The translations under genes were made by a program, and so were the position numbers. This document shows, piece after piece, positions 1-64,000 of a stretch of 64,000 nt of DNA. The notes beneath the pieces are model-generated. The model was not told the origin of the DNA and did not search any database. It saw only the letters and a program-made list of their open reading frames with translations. Every line of letters starts with the position of its first letter. Position 1 is the stretch's first letter. The DNA is from Octopus sinensis (taxonomy: Eukaryota): positions 21,080,001-21,144,000 of the forward strand of contig NC_043005.1 in NCBI RefSeq assembly GCF_006345805.1. Direction: 5' to 3'.

Positions 1-468
1 CATTTATAACTGCAGTCCTTATAGTGATTGTCTTGCCCTTTTTCTTCTTGGTCTTCCCCAGTACCTTTGTCAACAGATGTATCCAACCTCCCAAGGAAGT
101 CCCAGCTGAACTGGCTAGGCCCATAGTACTTTCATAGATGATTCACATTCACAATCTTAGGATGAGCCCTCTTGCCTCCTCGAATCCAGTATGATATGTC
201 AAACAGGCAATTCAACACTGTATAGTGTCTTTCTCATAGACTCTGCAGCTTTGGTGACAGCTTCTTCTTCCACTGGAAATTATGTAGCCACACTTCATCT
301 CCCTCCTTAAAGTTTATCTCACTAGTCCTGACATCATGCCAACGTTTCATCACTCCACCTGAAAATTTCAGAGCTCAATAATCCATACAGTACTTCATTG
401 AACTGTCTTTCTTTTGACACCAAAACATCTGCTGCTGGTCAGGGACTGCCTGTTTCATTTTCTTTTTG

Positions 469-501
<33 letters not shown>

Positions 502-699
502 TACATACATACATACATACATACACACACTTATATATAATGATGGAATTTCCCTTTGAAGATGACGTATGAGAGTTCAGTTTTTGATGAACAACCTAGA
601 TGAAGGATTTGTTTGTAGTGATAAATGCATGTGCCATACATTAGTTCACTCCCTCAATCAAATTGATATTGCTTGTACAGGTGCATAAGTGTGCACACA

Positions 700-1560
700 A
701 TAGATATTGAAATGATCACAGAGCAATGTGAATTGAAGAGTTTTGTTTCTTTTTTTATCATTCAAAGTGCTCCTACAACCACTGGTATTATAACTGTCTT
801 AAGCAAATCTTTATATTTTTGTTCTTGTCAAATTCTTTTGCTGAGATATTATGATCACAAGGAATGCTCATGTCAATCAATAAACGAACCTTATTGTTTT
901 AGTCTTTCACAACAATATTTGATGGTTTTTGTCTGTATGTACTGGAAAGTCCAAAGGAATCTTTACATTTTCTCCATCAGTTACAGCCTTGGGGTAGTGC
1001 TTATACCATTTGTCAGCAGTTTTGATTTTATAATGCTGACATATTAGCCAACTCTGCCATGTTTTTATTTATACTTTATAGGTGCTAAAACTTTACATCC
1101 AGTGTTTAGGTGATCCACTGTTTTAATCTCATTGTTGCAGTATCAGCACTTTGGATCTACTCCATTTTTCATCATATCAGCTTAGTAGTTCCAGGTCAAT
1201 AAGCTTTGATCTTGGGCTGCTAAGATAAAAAGCTTTGCTCTCTGCCTTTAGCCCTGAGCTCTGTAACCACTGATGGATGTGCTTCTGGTCTACATCTGCT
1301 TGTTTGCTATGAGCCACATATTTGCCATGCAGAGGTTTTTGTTCCCACCTATCAGTTCACACACTTTTTTCTTTGCCATTTATTTCACCTTCTTTACAAC
1401 AACAGTTGCTGCACTTCCATCATGCTGTCTTGTCTGGGCATTATTCATGAAATTAGTAGCAAACGTTTTGCTCCTCTTCATAACAGAATGGAATTTCTTA
1501 TGTTTCTCCATGATTTTCAATGAGTTTTAGCATCAAGTCATTAGATGTTTCAAAATGTTT
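700..1560 (-). mobile_element. Decayed RLE-type LINE (R4/Dong-like), C-terminal remnant
   Basis: Minus strand reads KC*YCNNEIKTVDH (CCHC knuckle-like), followed by ILWDFPV..D / IVVKD-like fragments with stops and frameshifts. Confidence 0.5.
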
Positions 1561-2830
1561 GGCCAGTCCAATTGTTGTGGTTCTGTAAGAGATTTCAAAT
1601 TGGATCAAGCAAAAAATCCTGGGGCTTTGGGAAAGTAAAGGTGACCCACATCTGCCTTTGGAGGTGCATCTTACTGCACATTGCAGCTATAAATAAGAAA
1701 TGGAACTGCTCAGGAATTTATGGCTAACAACTTGTTACATGCATTTATCTCAGATTTCAGGACTACTCAAGCTATCCTGTAACATTCCTTCGTGATCTTC
1801 TCTTTCATGCTTGCATGCTGAATGCCAGAACCTTCATTATCATCATCATCATTATTATTATTATTATAAATAGCCAACAAATAGTGGGTTTCCATAGTAA
1901 AGGAATACCCATCCATAGGTGCAAGGATAAGCTGAACCACAATCACAAAAATACCAATAGCTTAATTTAATATCTTAAGAAAGTTATTACCCTATTGATC
2001 TGAGTGGCATAAAATGTGTCATAATGCATCTTAACAATTTGAACAGAACAATAAAAGAATTATATCTAGCAATCGACAGACATATTTGTCCAATCCCAGG
2101 CAAAGTCAAAAATTATCATTGTCTCCCTTGTGATTCCATAGCAAAATCAATAACTAGACCCAAATTACATTCACACATCCCTTGTAAATAGCTGCTGCTT
2201 CTTTTATTTTTAAATCCTTTTTTTTTTTTTAAAGTCCTTTCCTTCAAACACTCATATTAAAATCGACTGGAGTGACCATCATAATAATTCATTACATATT
2301 TTTAAAATATTAGATAATTATGTAGAAGTACCAGGAGTTAAAATTTTGAATAACGTATGAGAAAGTCCTTTGGTGCATTGTTGTATCAGCAAGCAACATA
2401 TAATAAAACACAATCCATCAAAAATTATTTTTCAGCATAAGATATCCTTCTCAGAATTCATGTGAATTCTAGTACATTACAAAGCATATTCAGAACCTTA
2501 CCTCAATATCTAAGTTGCAGATATTCCATTTGTACTTTTCTCTTCTGATGATGCGCTTTTTTTTGAGACTGAATGACTGTAGCAATACTTGACACATTGG
2601 TTGATCACCTGTTTAAGGAAGAATCAAACTTGTAAAAGCATACCATTAGAGAAGAGATGTACAAATAAATTATCTGCTGCCTAAATACCAAGACAAGGTT
2701 TCAAATAAGTCTCAAGATTTTCTACATCTCACATCAATTCTAATTAGGGTGTCATTTTGTGAACCAGTTGTTTATAATTAATTTTCCATTTACAAAATTA
2801 TGCTCTACATGCTTTACAATATTTGATATA

Positions 2831-3193
2831 CAGTGGGGGGAAATAAATATTCGTAGATGTCAAAATTCTTTATTTATTTAATTTCTAATGCACATAAATG
2901 GGATATACCAATACTATATTTGCATACACATGCATAAACTAAGAATATGCAAAAGAAACTAATAGATTAGCATAGAAAATCATACATTTATTCTGTATGA
3001 ATACCTTTTTCACCCCTAAATATTTATAATTGTATATAAATTTATTAGTTACTATAATTTATTAGTTTCTTTTGCATATTCTTAGTTTATACATGTGTAT
3101 GCAAATATAGTATTGGTATATCCCATTTATGTTCATTAGAAATTAAATAAATAAAGAATTTTGACATCTACGAATATTTATTTCCCCCCATTG
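2831..3193. mobile_element. Tc1/mariner-type MITE with about 130 bp TIRs and TA target-site duplication
   Basis: TA|CAGTGGGGGGAAATAAATATTCGTAGATGTC ... GACATCTACGAATATTTATTTCCCCCCATTG|TA; near-perfect arms at about 2831-2964 and 3060-3193. Confidence 0.9.
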
Positions 3194-3279
3194 TATAAAC
3201 GTAGTGTGTGTGTGTCTGTGTGTTTCAGTTGGTGAATGAGTACAAAATGTATTCCTTGTTTCCTTTTTTATCTTTTCAG

Positions 3280-61218
<57,939 letters not shown>

Positions 61219-62209
61219 GTCAGTAGAGTGTTTCCACTTTATTTATTGTGTGCATGTCAGTGTGTATTTACATATTGTGTCTTTGCATATATGGGTATGT
61301 GTACTTATATATATATGTGTGTGTGTGTAGAAAAAAATAAACTGTTTGACTCTAAGCTCATATGACCTCTAAAAGATAAAAGCACTAAATATGACATTAA
61401 ATGGCCAATTACTAATATTGCATTACCTTATACTAGTGGCAACCATAAATTTCATCCCTGTCTTGAAGAAATATTCTATATCCTTACATTTAAATGTAAC
61501 TTATTAAAATACAGAAGTGAATTAACATTGAGATGTTTACATTCAAATAGAAAAATCATTTAAACAGTTTCCAAATAAGTAATTTTAATTTGAACACACT
61601 TGATAGAAAAGCACATAAGTAAAACCTAGTCAAATATTCACAAATTTATTTAGTATGTTTTAACTAAATAGAACTAATCCAGGATAACCTTTCAATGATA
61701 TTGTCTTTTCTACTTAGAATCATAATTCTTTTGGAGGTTTGATTTATTTTATTCAATTCAATTGATATAAATCTTTTCAATATTAACTTGCTCTTTGTTT
61801 TAGCTTTTTTAAATTTGTCCATTTACTTTATATTAGTTTTAATGTTAATGATCAGTGCTATTAATACAACCTGAACTATTTAGGTTGCCTTATACTGTTA
61901 AGGGCAATATAGTGATCTGCTTTCTTTAGCAGTCAGGGCTGTCAAAATTTTACCTGTCAAATGTAGAAGAGGAAATCTTGTGATTAGTAGAAATCTTAGA
62001 AATTTTTGCAGGTTCCCCTACAAAATTCACCGCAGCTAATCACAAGGTATTCCTCTTCTACATTTGGCAGATAAAATTCAGACAGCCTTAACTGCTAGAG
62101 TTTGCAGCTAGACATGTTCACTCAATCGTAACAGGTTTAACTAAAGATGTCAAACATATTGTCACATGCATTTTCAACTTCTTTGTGTGTGTATATATAT
62201 GTGTGTGTG

Positions 62210-62278
<69 letters not shown>

Positions 62279-62619
62279 ATGTTTGTGTGCATGTGTGTGT
62301 ATAAAAAATTTATTGTTGATAGCAACAAAAATGTATTTCATCCAGTGAGAGATAAATATCATTTAATATACTCAGTATTAAAATTCAAGCTGCTATTACT
62401 TTTATAGTGTGAAAACACCATAATCTGGCAAGCTTGTATAACATGTTGTGTGTTTCTAAACAATCTAGCAGGGCTAGTTATTTTTAAAAAAATAAAAAAA
62501 GGATGCTGGTCTTTGAGAAAAAAAATTGAAAAGATGCTGGTATTTGGCAAACATGAAAATTATGAAGAGGAAGATGGCAAATTATGTGTGTGTTTTCCAA
62601 AAGAACAGCCATCTGCAAT

Positions 62620-62727
62620 TTTGATGAAATTCGAAACGTAGATATTCCCCTTCATTACAGAAAATATAACAGAAAAGTCTAATTATTTAATTGCATGTAA
62701 CATGGGCAATGCTGGGTATCTCTGCTA

Positions 62728-62728
<1 letters not shown>
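62620..62728 (+). mobile_element. Helitron-like 3' end
   Basis: Matches 49020-49135 and ends gggtatctctgCTAG|t. Confidence 0.55.
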
Positions 62729-62770
<42 letters not shown>

Positions 62771-63069
62771 AATATATATACACATATGCATATGTAATGT
62801 ATACATATGCATTTTTACATATATATATATAATGTATAGTAAATCCCAAAAAAGAAGAACAACAAACACAAGACAACAACAATGTGAGGATGTGGTACAT
62901 GTAAAGTATTAGAAGAGACTCAGGGAAGGAAAGAAAGATGGTTTAACGTTTTGAACAATGTACTTCTTCAGAAACAGAGGAAAGTCCAATAGAAAGGAAG
63001 ATGGAGGAAGAAAATCACCGAATTCACATGTGGTTACATTTTGAACTGTATAATATATATACATAGTTT

Positions 63070-63975
63070 ACATACGTGGAAGATGCACGGGATCCATAAA
63101 ATCTTTAGAGACATGGGAAATTGATTATCTCAAATGCCCAGGTGACACATTAGAGGTAGTAGATAATTTCTACTAACTAGGGGACCAAATTAGTAGTGGG
63201 GGAGGATGCCCGGAGTGTGTGATAGCTAGAATAAGAATAAGATGGAGGAATTTCAGAGAGTTGTTACTTTGCTGGCTATGAAAGATTTCTCTCCCTAAGT
63301 GAAAGGAAAAATTCATGATGCATGCATATAGACAGCAATTCTACATGGGAGTGAAATGTGGGCTCTAAATGCAGAGGTTAGAAAAGAATGAGCTTAATAT
63401 GCTCCACTAGATGTTTGATGTAAGTGTACATTTGACAGAGTGTTAGTGTTCTGAGAGAGAAGTTAGGCATAAGAAGAATTATTTGCTGTGTGCAAGAGAG
63501 AAGACTTCTGTAGATTGATGGATGCTGACAGCTTCATAAAGAAGTGCTGATCTCTCAAAGTGGATGGAACACATGGATGGAACACACACCCAGAAAGACA
63601 TGGGATGAAGTACTGAAGGACAACTTCAGGAAGCTAAACCTTTCAGGTGAGATGACAAAGGATTGAGATGCCTGGCATCTTGCTATACTCACGAAGACCT
63701 GTGCTCCACAGCAAAATTGTTAAGACCAGTTTCTCTGGTGGTGTAAAGCACTTATGGTGGTGCCATGTGAAAGCACCCATGTGGTGTCATGTAAAAGTGC
63801 CTGTGCAAAGTAAGTAAAAGCGCCTGTACAGTACCATGTAAAAGCACCCAGAACATTTTGTAAAATGATTGATATTAGGAGGAGCATCTAGCCATAGAAT
63901 TCATGCCAAATCAGACTGGTGTCTGGGTGCAGCTTGCCAGCATGGAGAATGGACAGGACATTAAATGATAATGAT
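63070..63975 (+). mobile_element. Decayed RTE LINE 3' fragment
   Basis: KGKFMMHA/LHGSEMWAL and PRKTWDEV motifs, then the tail ttaaatgataatgat. Confidence 0.75.
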
Positions 63976-64000
63976 ATATATATATATATATATTATATGT

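Overview
AT-rich, microsatellite- and transposon-dense animal genomic DNA. The repeat landscape (RTE LINEs with (GAT)n tails, Penelope-like elements, tRNA-type SINEs, Tc1/mariner, pogo, piggyBac, Helitron ends) suggests a coleoid cephalopod such as an octopus; this is inference. The window lies inside one large + strand gene that the ORF track only partly shows. I could splice 13 single-domain exons, all phase 1-1 with AG/GT sites, in the strict order PAN-A, Sushi/CCP, PAN-B repeated 4 times, plus a fifth PAN-A. Together they give 2805 nt (935 codons) with no stop codon; no start or stop exon is visible in the window. Paralogous intron sequence shows the whole three-exon genomic cassette was tandemly duplicated, with an odd/even higher-order pattern. 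PAN-A copies are far more divergent than the Sushi copies. The introns hold many decayed transposons, two hammerhead ribozyme motifs with complete catalytic cores on the antisense strand, and several long inverted repeats. Transposon boundaries are approximate unless TIRs or TSDs are stated.
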